From Phoronis australis (taxonomy: Eukaryota > Animalia > Phoronida): 64,000 nucleotides of DNA. A program made the translations under genes and the position numbers. Position 1 is the first letter of the stretch; every line of letters begins with the position of its first letter. The DNA lies in the NCBI GenBank assembly GCA_002633005.1, contig NMRA01000023.1:1-64000 (forward strand), written 5' to 3'. The notes beneath the pieces are model-generated. The model made no database searches and was not told where the DNA came from. It saw nothing but the letters and a program-made list of their open reading frames with translations. This document shows positions 14,801-29,800 of this stretch, one piece after another.

Positions 14801-17800
14801 GGAGTCCAGATTAATTGCGATTAAGTCCAAATGTGCGCTACATCGTACTCCACAACACGAGAAAAATCTCTGGATGAACACACATGTTGTTGTCACGTGA
14901 CGTTTGTTTTGAAGGTCGTCTGTGTATGAGAGTGAGTGAGCGTGCGTGTGCGGGTCATCGACGATAGACTTTTTTGTTACAAAAGGCGGAGGATTATGCA
15001 AGAAAATGGCGTTTACTAGATTGTTTTTCACTTAAACGGCTGTAACGTGCAAGGTGAGTGCTGGTTAACTCACAGATTTTGTGTGCACAGGCCGACTGTC
15101 GTTAGCTCTGCCGTGGAGTATTAATAGTCCAAGGCTCGATCTACATGTTGGGGACGAAATGAACTACCCGGGCTGTGTGAAATTTCTGGGTCTAACGGAG
15201 ACACTGACGCAGTGGTCAGTCAGATCGCTGTATCAAGACTATAGTCAAAATCCAAATTCGTTTTATCGTGTCCCTGTCAATAATAACGGCATGTTAAAGC
15301 CTTCTTAATTTTCGTACTTCAGGAACATAACAATCACGTGTTTTGTACACATACGCGCACGCCGCAGATCACATCTCGGAAATTGCCGATTTGACGGATG
15401 ACAATGAATGAACACAATGAAATTAACAACGTCGTTTTACAGCTTGTAAGATTCATAATAAACGTATTTTGAATATTGCAATGCATGTGTTCCAAAATCT
15501 AAATAACTTGGGTCCTATATTTTTGTATTAGTGCGCGCCGAATGAAAGTAATCGTGAGTGTTGCTGTGTTGCAAAATCTCTTATCCTGGGCCGATTTGAA
15601 AAATTCAAAGTTGTACTCATATTTGTTTTCGCTCCTCTTTTCAAATATTACAGTAAAAACTACGTAAAACTCTCTCCATAAAAAGTACAGTCTGCTAGCT
15701 AGATTGTAATCAGCTGATCATATCCGCATGAGAAAAGCCAATTATCCTCGCTCGTGACTCGATGACTAGAGCAGCTTGGCGGCATCCCTTTGATCGTGAG
15801 CCGAGCGCGACTCAGCCAAGGTGGATAAATACGGTCTAGTTCAATTTTCCATACCCCACCGTTTACCTTAACCACTGGGGTTAGAACCAATCTTATTTAG
15901 TGGGAATGTTCATAGCATGATAGCGATAAGTATCACTGCCAATAATCATCAAGCTGTATTCCCCAACAACCTCTCTACAAGCAGCATTGGTTTCTAACTA
16001 GGTAAAGGTAGGTACACCAGACCTCAGTATTTGGACAGGTAAAGGTAGGCTTCAGTGTTTTGACATGTAAAGGTAGGTATACTAGAACATAATAGACCTG
16101 TGTTTGGACAATATGTAAAGTCAGGTACACCAGACTTCAGTGTTTGGACATGTAAAGGTAGGTACACATGTAAAGGTAGGTACACCAGACTTCAGTGTTT
16201 GGACAGATGTAAAGTTAGGTACACCAGACCAGTGGTTGGACAATGTAAAAGTAGGTACACCAGACCTCAGTGTTTGGACATGTAAAGGTAGGTACACATG
16301 TAAAGGTAGGTACACCAGACTTCAGTGTTTGGACAGATGTAAAGTTAGGTACACCAGACCTGTGGTTGGACAATGTAAAAGTAGGTGCACTAGACATCAG
16401 AGTTTGGACATGCACAGGAAGGTATTCCAGACATCAGTGTTTTAACATGTTCAGGTAGGTACACTAGACCTCAGTGTTTGCAGATGTCAGGTAGGTACAG
16501 TGTGCCTCAGTGTTTGCACAAATGTAAAGTCAACGCCACTAATTTCAATTGACCAACATCAGTTCAATGTAACGAAAATGCCATGTTCTCACCCGCACAG
16601 TCTTCTAGTTTTTTTATCAAAATGTTCAAGGCATCCACTCTGTCCACCAATTTCTTCTTCTTGAACAGATCCACAACAAAATCAAGTGAGAAATGACCAA
16701 CGTCGAACCTTTCAGCAATACTCCAAATCTTTGATGTGCTGAAATACAAATGGCAATACAATTCAGAAGTCAACAAATGAATAACACTATCATACAATTC
16801 AGGCGCCAACACATGAATAACACAGTGAATAATCATACAATTCAGGCGCCAACAAATGAATAACACAGTGAATAATCATACAATTCAGGAGTCAACAAAC
16901 GAATAACACAATCAATGATGCTTTGTATCTAACAATGCTTTAAAAACCGGACGATCGCCACACAAATAAAAAAGTTCATGTTCAATTCAACGTTTCGTCT
17001 TTTCATCATCAGGATCATAATTATTTACAACAATTTAGGACAACAAGTGCCAACATACAGCTCAGGTAACATCCATAGAGTGAAGTGAGAGATACATAGA
17101 ATATAGTCAGTAGCTGGTCATCACCATAGTATTATCTGCAAAGAACCTAATAAGGAGTTACCACTGATTCTTTGAATAACATGCAGAGCTCAGTGACCCT
17201 GCAACTATGGTGATGACCACCTACTGACTATATTCTATGTATCTCTCACTTCACTCTATGGACGTTACCTGAGCTGTATGTTGGCACTTGTTGTCCTAAA
17301 TTGTTGTAAATATGATCCAGATGATGTCTAATAAAAAGACGAAACGTTGAATTGAACATGAACTTTTTTATTTGTGCGGCAATCGTCCGATTTTTAATCT
17401 TATTGTGGCCAAAAACTGATTTAATTAACAATGCTTTGTATCCAACAATGGTTTGTACCACCAGTTTGCACCTACCAACAAGCTGCACCTACCAACAAGT
17501 TGCACCTACCAACAAGTTGCACCTACCAACAAGTTGCACCTACCAACAAGTTGCACCTACCAACAAGTTGCACCTACCAACAAGTTGCACCTGCAAACAA
17601 GTTGCACCTACCAACAAGTTGCACCTAACAACAAGTTGCACCTACCAACAAGTTGCACCTACCAACTCGTTGCACCTACCAACTCGTTGCACCTACTAAT
17701 GCTTTGCGCAATGCAACAGTATGCATCTACCAACACTTTGTATCAACCAATGATATGTATCTACCCACTTTTTGTATCTACCAAAGCTATGTACCTACCA

Positions 17801-20800
17801 ATGGTTTGAACTATCGATTATTTTTATCTACCAACTGAATGCTTTGTATCGAACTAAGAGCAGATCACAAACCAACACTGTTAAATACTTACTGAGTGTG
17901 TTTCTGCCATTTTTATGAGAAGGCATAGTGAATATTTGACCATAAGGCAGGCCTACAGCCTCACAAAATGAATGTTCACAAAGGTACCCTTCCGGTCTTA
18001 TGAGCAATTGTAGCATAATTTTTGTTAATGAGGATCTTATCAACAAACCTGTGCAGTCAGTTAAATGTAAACAAATTTATTATAACTCAAGAAAAGTATT
18101 TATTTTCTGAAAACTGAATGGCTGTATCAGATTTTTTTAATTGACACAAATCAACTTCCATAATTAAGCGAAATATTGTATCCCATATTGAAAATATACA
18201 CAATACTTGATCCCCGCCAGCCTCCGACAAACTTACTCTCCTCCCAGCAGTGCCTTCACATCGTTGACGAAATCAATGACACCTTTCAGTTCTTCCGTCA
18301 GAGGGCGTTTTGCCATCGGATCAATAATGATAGGTCGGTAAGGCTCCTCGGGTTTGGTATACCTGCAAAAAAAGAATTACAAATCAATGCGAATTTTTAC
18401 AAAATGACAACAGATTTGCTTTTTATTTTTTGATAGTTCATAGTTAAACGGTTTAAGGTAACTAAATTCGGTTCACAATATACTCAGAGATGACCTAAGT
18501 GCCACCTTGCGACTATCTTTACAACTAATGCCTCATCATTTGATCAATAACTGAGCTACTGCCAAAAATTCCGTATTGTAATCAAATTGGAAAGCACACA
18601 TTGAAAGGGATGCTCCCTGACTAATCCTATCTGGTGCTCTTTTAGACCTTGAGGCATGCTTGAAAGTACAATGCAACCACAGATGCTTTAAACCTTGACC
18701 TCTCTATGCCACACAAGATCAATCAATGACAAAATTCCCAATCAAATTATTGAGTTAATCCAAGAGTTCACCGCAGAAAACAATTACGATGGGCAAATGC
18801 ACTTACGACGAGTACAAGCCAATTGAAAAGTCAATAATAAAACAACTGGACATCCACACCAACACACAATAACATAGGCTCATTTTGTTTATTTATTTAT
18901 TTATTTATTCAAACTTCTTTAAAAGACTGGGTGACCACTTCAGTGAATACACTGATTTTCAAGTGGACACAGTTGGAAATTCGTGATGGCAGTACCCAGC
19001 CGTTTGTAAGCGATAGCATCTCTGTAAGCAAAAGTTCTTTTGCCGCAGTTGTTTTTAGGCTTATCTGGCACCAGGCAGCCAGAAACACTTGCTGTAATAC
19101 TGTAATTGTGAGAATCACTGACTGCTTTGAATTTAATAGTGAGGTAATTTGATGTAAGGTTATGTGTGACTTTGTACACCATAAGGTTTAAATGAAAGGC
19201 ACGCCTCCTAACCAGACTGCACCTACAAAGTTTATCAAGGACGTCAGACATAGGAAAATCATTATAAAGGCCACTATAGTTGAGTATCAGCCTCCCTGCC
19301 TTGTTTTCAAATTTTTGAAGTCTATGCTGGGAGGTATGATGCACACTTACCCCACATAACATCACAGTAATCAAAGTGTGCTACAATTAGACTCTAGTAC
19401 AGAGTCAGAAGAGTAGACTGATCCACATAGCTCCCGACTCTGTACAAAACCCCAATCCGCTGAGAAAATTTTTGCACACATAATCAACATGTTCGTCCCA
19501 AGATAATTTTTTATCAATCATAACACTCAGATATTTATATTTCTCAATGCTTGTCAGCTGATCGAGTGCCATTGACAATAATCACAATGTTACTTGGAGA
19601 CAACACAACCAGCCTATGTCTCCTACCAATAGTCATAACCTTGGTTTTATCAACATTAAGTGTCAGTTTGTTCTTTACAAGCCAAGCATCAATGCGATTC
19701 ATTTCTTTTCCATAAGTGACATTGACTTCATCTATTGATTTGTATAACTTCATTGCCAAGAATTTCATTTAACAAAATTTGCCTAAAAATTGGGTGATTT
19801 TTTGAAGTACCTGTGGGTAAACATTGAGACTTCCCCAAAATAAAACTAAAATTGTCACTAGAGAGTATTGTAGCGGTCGGATCCATCCAATAATCTGATC
19901 TGACATTTGCCAAATTTTAACGATTTTCTTGCTCAGGTTACCTTAAGAGTATGCTTACCTGTTCTTGAACTCGTCCTGCTTTCGTTTCACATCTCGTTTC
20001 AGTTCCTTTTTCTTCTGTTCTTTGTCCTTTGCAAATGACCCTATGTCCACTTGTACACCCAAGATAGTTACTGAGCGGTCATTGCAATCCTGCAAAATGT
20101 TTGGAAATGGAAGACTTTATGATAAAGGAAGAATGGAGCAAAATGAACACGCAAGTCAATTTAAATTTATTTTATTTGTGTTAGGAACTAAGAGTTATAG
20201 GTCAAGGAACAGAGGGCATCACGTGCACACTATCCTAACCCTAACTAGTAAGAATTAAGATTTACTGGTCAAGGAATAGAGAGCATCACGCGCACACTAT
20301 CCTAACCCTAAACTAGTAAGAATTAAGATTTACTGGTCAAGGAATACAGAGCATCACGCGCACACTATCCTAACCCTAACTAGTAACAAACTTACACTTA
20401 CTGATCAAGGAACAGAGGACATCATGTACACACTCAGCAGTTTTTTGAAATTCAAAGTTTGACATTTCTTGTAAAAAGAGATCAAAGATGGTTCCATTTT
20501 AAGATTACCAAATAAAAATCTGCAAACCAGTCATGAAATAACCCGTGAACAGCAAGGAAAATTTCTAAGTTTTCAGTTATGTTTGGGTCAGCAAACACAG
20601 CATGTTTGTTGATTCCGACAGGATCTGTAACAAGATCACATGATGTTTGACCTTTGAACAAAACAACTACCTCACCATCTGTAGGTAATGCAACATTTGG
20701 TCACATGATATTTGCGAGGACACCTTTTTGAAAACACAAAATCTATACACTAATTAAATAATTGCATTTCAGAAGTTCATTAATTAACCCAATTTTTTAG

Positions 20801-23800
20801 TTTTTATATATTTTAATATATAGAGTTAAGTTCCGTGACAGGTAAAATGAAGTAGAAAAATTTAATATAAGAGCAATGCAGAGCATTGAAACGCACCCCC
20901 AACAGCACCACAAATGGTGTTCTTCCGCTGGTGTTTATTATTGAACATAAAAATGGCCATTATATGGCACAGAATACATTGAACCTATCCGAAAATGGGA
21001 AGGTGTCACCGTCTTCCAAAACTGTTTGCCAAATTTCATGAAAAGCCGTCAAAGAACTCCAAAGACAACTTAAGGCAAACATAAACACATTACAATTAGG
21101 GAACACAGCGGTAGTCAATTCCGTCTGTTGTCATGTTAACATGTCTACGACTACACAATTTTCCAAGGGGTTTGGGTCTAAGGCCACATTACAGGCCTTT
21201 ATAGCTCCCCCAAGAAGTGAAGAAATCTGGGTGGGTCGGGTTTGGCGACAATTTTGTGATTGCTACAAATGGTATTCAATAGTTCCTTGAAGCTGTTTTG
21301 AGTAAGTTCTGTCCAGAAATCTGGCCTGTGCTCTTGTCTACGAGCATACAGCAGTACAGCAGGCTTTCAAGCAGTTTTAGGTAAAAAAGTAGCAAAAAGT
21401 AGGAACTGTGAAGTGAAAAGTAGGAAAAACAAGGAACTGTGAAGTGAAAAATAGGAAAAACTAGGAACTGTGAAGAGGAAAGTAGGAAAAATTACTAACT
21501 GTGAAGTGAAAAGTAGGAAAAATTAGGAACTGTGAAGTGAAAAGTAGGAAAAAGTAGGAACTGTGAAGTGAAAAGTAGGATAAAGTAGGAACTGTGAAGT
21601 GAAAAGTAGGATAAAGTAGGAACTGTGAAGTGAAAAGAAGGAAAAAGTAGGAACTGTGAAGTGAAAAGTAGGATAAAGTAGGAACTGTGAAGTGAAAAGT
21701 AGGAAAAAGTAGGAAAGTAAGAATGCTTGAAAGCCTGGTACAGCCATTTTGAGAGCACATCCCAATGTTGCGTGTTGAATTCTTGGCACGAATCCAGATA
21801 CCCTTCAGACAAGTGGAAATTGTCAAAACTCTGGTTGGAATCTAGTCATGAAACAGCATTCAGATGGTGGTCTCCTTTCCTGCACCAGAGGGCAGTCTTG
21901 AATTCGTGATTTTAGGTGAAAAATGGTCAAAATTGCACTTTTCGGTCACTTTTGGCATCTCGATTTTTTCTTGGTGGATGTAGAAAGGTAACATGACTTG
22001 GTTGAATTCCTTCATTTTTGAGAAAGCCCACAAAGTGCACTTTATGTCAGTTATGCCTTTTTCCCAGGGGGTCTAAGACAGCTGTGTGAGCAAAGGCTTT
22101 GATTGAACCAGTCCAGTGATAAGGTCAGAGTGAGCCACTGGTACTGGAGTCTCAGTCCAGTGATAAGGTCAACATCAGACACTGGTACTGGAGTCTCAGT
22201 CCTTAGGAGATATTGCCATAGATGCGAACAAATGTCACTAGAGGTACCACAATAGTTGGACTTGTCTGAAAATTCACGTTAGTCATACTCTAGTTAGCAG
22301 GAACATATCTGCCAATTTTCATAATAATCCCCTGCATGGTTTGACAGATACAGAAATAGACGAAAAAAATAGACTAAAAAAACAGCGGAGAAACGTAGAG
22401 CACTGAAATGTGCCCATCACAGCAACGCAAACTGTGTGCTTCTAAGGCTATTTATAAGAGTCAAAAAATGGACACTAGGTGGTGCAGAATATGTCAAAAC
22501 CAACCTAATATGAATGGATATACACTATCACCACCATAACAGACACTTGTTTACCACATTTCAATAAAAACTGTCAAAGAACTTTGAAGATACAGAATCT
22601 GCAAGAACGTAAAAACTACAATTGCCACTAAGGGGTACAGAACCATCTAAAAGTCTTAAAGGTAGAAGTAGTTACATAAATATAAACTAATTCTTGCAAA
22701 ATTTCACAAAGATCCTTCAAAGAAGTAGGAAATACAGCCGAGAAAGCAAAAAAAGACAAAAATCTGCACAAAACAGTGGCACAGTTGTCAAATGTGTCCA
22801 GAAATCAATGTCTTCTTATCAACAAAAAAGAACTTGAAAAATAAAGATAACCCTTTGGAGATGCAAAACTACATCAAATCCAATACAAAAAATATCAGCC
22901 AAAATACAGAGGCAAGCATAAACAACTAAAACTGCCACTAAGGAGGACAGTGGTCATCGAATGGGTCATAAACGCTTCATGAAATGTTGTCAGTTCCACA
23001 GGAACACGTTCGCCAAATTTCACAAAAATCCATGAAAGGTTAAGGAGACACAGCCCTGCAAGTAAAAAATGCCACTAGGGGGTGCCAAAGTAGTGGAATT
23101 CGTCCGAATATCAACGTCAGATGTGGCCTTCTTACTAGAAACAAATTATTCTATGTTCACAATGATCTTCCAAATTGTTAGGCTGATATAGAGACCGGCG
23201 CCAAAAAAGGGCTCAAAGCTATCAAAAATCTCCACTAGATGGCGTACAATATGTAAAATCTGTCCGAAAATGGAAAGGCAGCACTATCGTCACCTTAATA
23301 GTAACCTGTTTCATCAATGAACTCTGAAGATACACAGAAAAACGTACAAAAATAAAATTGCCACTAGGGGGCACACCAATTGTCAGATTGGGCAGAAACT
23401 CATCATTTGTTGTCAACTCCATAGAAACACAACTGCCAAATTTCACAAAGTTCTTGGAAAGGTCAAGGACATAAAGTCGTGGACCCAAAATGAAACATAA
23501 TCTCCAATAGGGGTAGTCAAACAAGGCCAAAAGTCAATGTTAACTGTGGTCTCTTCATTAGAAACACACCTGCCAACTTTCATCCTTGGAGCGGATTGGC
23601 AGATAAAAAAACAGATGCCAAAAACAAACTTGAAAATTTAAAAAAACGGCCACTAGGTGGTGCAGAATCACTAAAGACGCCCAGAAAGAGGTGACAGCAA
23701 TATGCACCCACATATAAATAAGTGGGCAAATAAAAATGGTCACTAGTTGATGCAGAATACGCTGTTCTCATCAGAAACCTGTGAGCCAAATTTCAATCAG

Positions 23801-26800
23801 GGAACTCTGAAGTCATGAAGGCAAACATAAAAAAATGCCACTAGGGGGCACAGTGCTCTTCGGATTTGTCCAAAAGTCGTTTTCCTCTATGGTCAACTTC
23901 ATACAAATGCGTTTGCAAATTTAATAAATATCATTCTGCTGTTTAGCAGATACATGATAAAAAACTGCCACTAGGAAAAATTGTCCTAAAATCATCATCA
24001 GCCGCCTTCTTTAAAGTAGGAAGTTAAAATGCCATTTTTCACCATAAACTTTAGAGTGGTGTGGTTGATAGAGGGGCGGATGCCAAAAAACAGTAAAAAT
24101 TGCCAATAGGTGTTGCAGAACCCATCCAAAAATGGGAAGCTATTGTCATCTCACAAATCGATACTTATTATTTGCTAAATTTTATGAAAATTTGTTAAAG
24201 ACCTCCAAAGAAACATATTAGGTAAATGTAAAAAATGAAATTGCCACTAGGGGGCAAACCCATAGTCCCGGCCGTCCGAAAATTCCCTAAAGCTGTCCTA
24301 TCCATGAAACGAACATAAGTGCAAAATTTCATGAACATTGAAGGGTTTTGGAAGTGAACGGTAGGCGGCTGCTCGGAGAGGGATGACAGTATAAGCACTC
24401 ACAGATAAATAAGTAGGCGCAAAAAATAGAAAAAAGCAAACTGAAGACATAGACAAACTTTAACATAACTGGCAAGCAATGTAAAAATAGTTATTTTTAT
24501 ACTTTTTAGGTGATAAAGTTAGTAGTTGCTAGAGATCGTGGCTTTATGGAAACTACCACAATGTCTTACCTGCACCAATCTAGGAAAGAGTGAGTTTCTC
24601 TCGGTGTATTTAGTAGGGTCCATCCACTCCCCGTCTTTCTTCAACTCTTTCACTTTTTGAGAAAAACTCATTTTTCGATATGCTTTGGACATTTCTCGCA
24701 CACTGACAAACATGAAGTTCTTCAGGCTGTCACCAGGGGACTTTTTCATTGTTCCAATGGGCTCACCTGCCTTCACTGGCTTCCCACTGACAGTAACTGC
24801 CCTGTTGAACACCAGAGGGTGTTGTTGAATAACATGCATCACATAATTTGTAACACAGCATGAAATTTTGACAAGAAAACAAACATAAAGTAAGCATCTT
24901 GGCATTCACCAATATTGCCTGAAACAATTCTAAAGTAAATTTTGTTTATAGTGCAAGACAAAAGCATTCATAAAAATTCAACAACTTTTCCCAGGGATGG
25001 CCAATTCTATTCGAAGCAAAAATGAGTGGTAATAATGCTTATGGCTCCAAATTATAGAGACAGAATGGCTAAGCCAACCTGCTAACTTTCAGGTTAATAA
25101 CTCTTCATTCTTGTTCATCAGCAAAGACTACTCTGATGAATTCGGCTTCTGCCAAGCCATCAAGACTGGGAATTCCAGGTCATTTTGTCTGAGTTAACCT
25201 TTGGCATGTACTGTGCGTGTGACTGTCCTTAAAATAATTATTTCACAAGAGGGCAAATTTCACATGGAGTTTATCTCAAGCAAGTTATAGACTTAAGAGG
25301 AAGTACATAGTATTACGCATATTACATTTTGTCACTCTGGCACTCTGTAAGAGAACTCTGATACAATTGTTAACTGGACTGCATCTTATTCAAGGTCCTC
25401 CCTTTACATTGCTATTGTGTAGAGGTATGCTGGTGCATCATGGGCTTGGGGAAGCATTTTGTTGTGTAAATTTATGATACACACAATCATCACAGAAACT
25501 TGGGCTGAATCTGGCCAAACAGAGATGCAATATATATAACTTGGGCTGAATCAGGCCAAACACAGATGCAATACATATAACTTGGGCTGAATCTGGCCAA
25601 ACAGAGATGTAATATATACAACTTGGGCTGAATCTGGCAAACAGAGATGCAATATATATAACTTGGGCTGAAACTGGCCAAACAGAGATGTAATATATAC
25701 CACTTGGGCTGAATCTGGCCAAACAGAGATGCAATATATAACTTGGGCTGAATCTGGCTAAACAGAGATGTAAAAAACTTACGATCGGTTATATTTAATG
25801 TTGTACAAGAAGATGACATATTTCTTCATACTGATTTTCGAAGGCTCGATTCGAATTCTCTGACGGGGTAGTCTTTCATAGTAGTAAACACCAGTCACGG
25901 GGGCGACAATCTACAAAATCACGTGAAAACTTATCATTACACAACAGACATGCACTCCCCAGGATAACCTCTGATTTAGTGCTATTTACCCACAATGCCG
26001 TGTACATCACTATTTTCCTCAAAGATTAGTCGCCAATGAACTCAGTGAACATTTTTACTAAATGCATAGTAACTTGCAATACAATAACTGTCACTACAGT
26101 AACTGTCACTATGGTAACTGTCACTACAGTAACTGTCACTACAGCAACTGTCACTAAGGTAACTGTCACTACGGTAACTGTCACTAAGGTAACTGTCACT
26201 ACGGTAACTGTCACTACGGTAACTGTCACTACGGTAACTGTCACTACGGTAACTGTCACTACGGTAACTGTCACTACGGTTACTGTCACTACAGTTACTG
26301 TTAGTATTGGTCTCAAAATTGTTCCACACTCTAATTAGATGTTTTCATGGCTAGGATAAAATTGTCTGGTACTTTACTGCTGACCAGGCTCTACAAGTTG
26401 GCTTGTCACAGTGTGTCATAATATGCCCAGACTATGTGCTCAAGGAATAACAAACTGTCAGTTTTGCGAGCTCACTTCTTACCTGAAGAATCAATAAAAT
26501 TGAAAATATTGCAGACAGTAAGTGGCACAAATCTGAAATTCACTTCTTTTGCATAACCACATGGCACATAACATGTGATTTTGGCTAGATATTTGGGAGG
26601 TCTTAGCATTACTGTTGAAGCGACATCATGTTAAAACTGGTCCTGGAGAACACTGATGTATCGAAATGTCTCCCAAGTATAGGTATTTGATTGTTGTTTT
26701 TCTTTTGTCTTTTACAGGTACATCAGTAAACTTTCACATAAAGTCCCTATGTGGATCTGGTATCATATTCAAGTAACTGACCCAGTGGGCGAGTACATTT

Positions 26801-29800
26801 ATTTGCTGAAGGTCGAACACTGTGTGACACATGTTCCACTGACAGAAGCTGCTGTATTTTTCATGCCAATGCCACTGCGCTTTCGCTTTGCAACATTCTG
26901 TTTGCAAAGCAATCGGCTCCGTGCTTTACTATGATGGGAATGGCACCAAGATAATTTGATTGAGGACTTTGTTCACTGCATCTAAACACGTGAAACCTAC
27001 ATTCATAAAAACACCTGCACATGTGAATTTGAGGTATGGTAATTAAGACACAATGGCATGTGCGTGTACTTACTTCGTGGTATTATCAAATATCCACTAC
27101 AATATCCCTGTTATCGCGCAAGCAGTCCTGTGGCAGATTACCATTATTGGAAATGTGCGTATCAGCGTCTCGGGGAGGAGGGTTTATCGCAAAAAACAGA
27201 AAAAAGTGAAAATGACCACCCTATTAATCATCAAATGACAGCCATGTCTTTACTTTCTGTAGAGTACTTTTTAAATCTCCAAGAAATTCTCCAACCATCA
27301 TTCTTGTTTCTAGGGCTACATGCACGACATATCAGTTGTCTGTTACATGTGGTTGCCAATGTAAAGTGTAGGCCTACTCCAGCAATTCAAGTACTGCTTG
27401 AACTCACCACTTAGCTGCGTATCAAAAGAGAACAGCGACAGTCCTAAATATATGAAAGAGTATACCGACTTGGCTCTGCTAAGCAACCGGGTGCCAATTA
27501 TTTATTTGACAAAGAACTTAAAGTTTGGTTCCAAGCAGTTATAAAATACCCGATGCTTAATGATATTCAACCGTGAACGATGTAGCCCAGAACTGATATT
27601 TTTGTGTTACGATGTTCCCCGGGTGGATGTTCACAAGGCCCGCTGTTCTATACCAGTAGCCAGCTTTTTGGCAACTAAATGGGGAAAAGTAAAATAAATT
27701 ATTGTGGTTAGCGAACTTTTTATTCTTCTCTTCATACACCTCCAGCGAATTTTTCGCTCCCCAAACCATGCAGTAAATTAATTTTCAAACTCCAGTAGAA
27801 AGAATCTTGTTCCGGTTGACGCGGGCAATTAAAAAATAGTTATTGTGGGTGTCCAAAAAGGGTACACTGTAGGTGGTAGTGATAGCCAGAAAGTCACCAC
27901 TCGTAGATGGAGTTTGCCTTGTAAAATACTATTATAACATTTCTTGCTATTGCAGCCTACTCCCTACCTCTGAAGTGTCTCTTAATAAGCACTCACTGCT
28001 CAACTAGGCAATCCCCCTCACCTTTTGAGAATTTCCAATTAAGCGCCCACAGTTCAGGCTAGCGCCCATCACAGAGCACTACAAACGACCATGCGTGCTT
28101 TGAAATTTACACGCAGCCTATATAGTGAGTCACTCTAATTTTACATAATAAATTCAGTTTTCAAAAAACGTCTTTTTTCAACCAAACACCAGCTTTGTTT
28201 TGTACCTCCGAAAGAAAGTTAACACTTTGACATGCATGTCGTTTTGTGACTGACCAATTTTTACCAAACATGGAAGGTATTGGGGAAAAAGCTTGAATTA
28301 TCGGAAGGAAACCTGCACGGAGTCGTTAATTATTTCGAGGCTTTTAATTTCATGGAACTAATTGTTGAGTACATGTACGTAAACAGCAAAAGTACAACAC
28401 TTTTTGTGAAATTTGCTCTGGACTGTTCCCACGCATCTGAATACATCATTCAGCTAGGACAACTTTTCACGGATTCCTTTTTTGACAAGATGGTTTTCAA
28501 ACGTTGAGTTATGTTGCAAAGTTTGGGCTGCGAACAAAACATGGAGAGTTAGTTTGGATCTTTAACGACTTTGATGACAGTCATATAGCAGGTCAGACCT
28601 GGCAAAACTGCGGATACTTTTTTAATGATTATTTCCTCCCTTTTCACATTGCAAACTTAGCAACTCGAATGCACATTTCGGTTAGAGAGCACCGATTCAA
28701 CTTTCACATCAGCAACTAGTCTTGCGCGCTAGGACCTTTCAGTGGCGGTCGTAAAGAACACCAACGCCGTATACAAGAACTCAACTTTTGCAACCTGAAA
28801 TTTGTGACTATTTAACGTCGCAGCCAAGAGCATAATCTGAACATTTTCTCGATCATCTAAAAATCAATTTTGGAGTGTAAAAATGGCGACAGAATTTTGC
28901 AACCTGGCATTTATGAATGCGAGCTGGATTTTGAAAATGCAACCTGGGATTTTGGCTAGGTCGCAAAATGCGACCCCATGATTTTCATAACATCGAGCCC
29001 CGAGACAGGATGAATGCACAACATACGGATTCAACTTACCTTTTGTGCGACATCAGCCAGAAGCATTATACCGATGCCTTCAGTTTTGTTGCTATAGAGA
29101 CCGTTGGCCGTGGTTGGCCAGTTGCCATCTCCATATTCATCGTTGGCCCCACTACGTCTGGTTCTTGGGAATTTCTTGTGAAACTTTGATCCCATCAGCT
29201 TGTTGACTATGTCCATTGCTTTGGTAGAACTGCAGAGTGGTATTAGAATTACTGAACAAGACAAAACTGCACACAAAATACCATTTTCCCTGCCACAGCG
29301 GCTAATTCTGTTAACAGCAAAAATGACCACTTTCAGCTGCTATGGCAAGAAAATTCTCAATTAGCCACCTTACCAAAGAAAACATTACAGAGCCATATGT
29401 ATAGCAACAATGTGAAAATCACAAAACTTGAACCTAACAATAAATGGACAAGGTGGCAGTAAATATATCAAAATATTAGGAATGCTAAATCACTATTAAT
29501 TTTAGGATTTTGAATAATTGTTTCCAAAATGCTAATTTAAAAAGTCCATCCATTTCTGCCAGTATTTATTACCATGGCCACTATCACCCTCATCATCCAT
29601 ACTCACAGTTTGTACTTACAGTGACTTAATAATGTCGATAAAGTCTTTGATATTGTTGTAGAACGTCAAGACAGACTTATAAAGATCATACAATGGCTTA
29701 AAGAGATATTCAAATGGTTCCAGCAAGTTACTTAGAGCTGAGATGAACTTCATTCCAATCTCTTTTTGTTGTTGATCCTAGAATGATAAGCAACATGTTG

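Noticed and set aside
14480-15880. CpG-rich stretch (similar stretches at 27400-28990 and 41700-43100) as a gene or defined transposon
   Set aside because: Probably transposon debris, but I could not identify matching termini, TSDs or a recognisable protein
26026-26338. Thr/Val-rich mucin- or antifreeze-like ORFs
   Set aside because: 15-bp minisatellite open on both strands; no splice context fitting the gene
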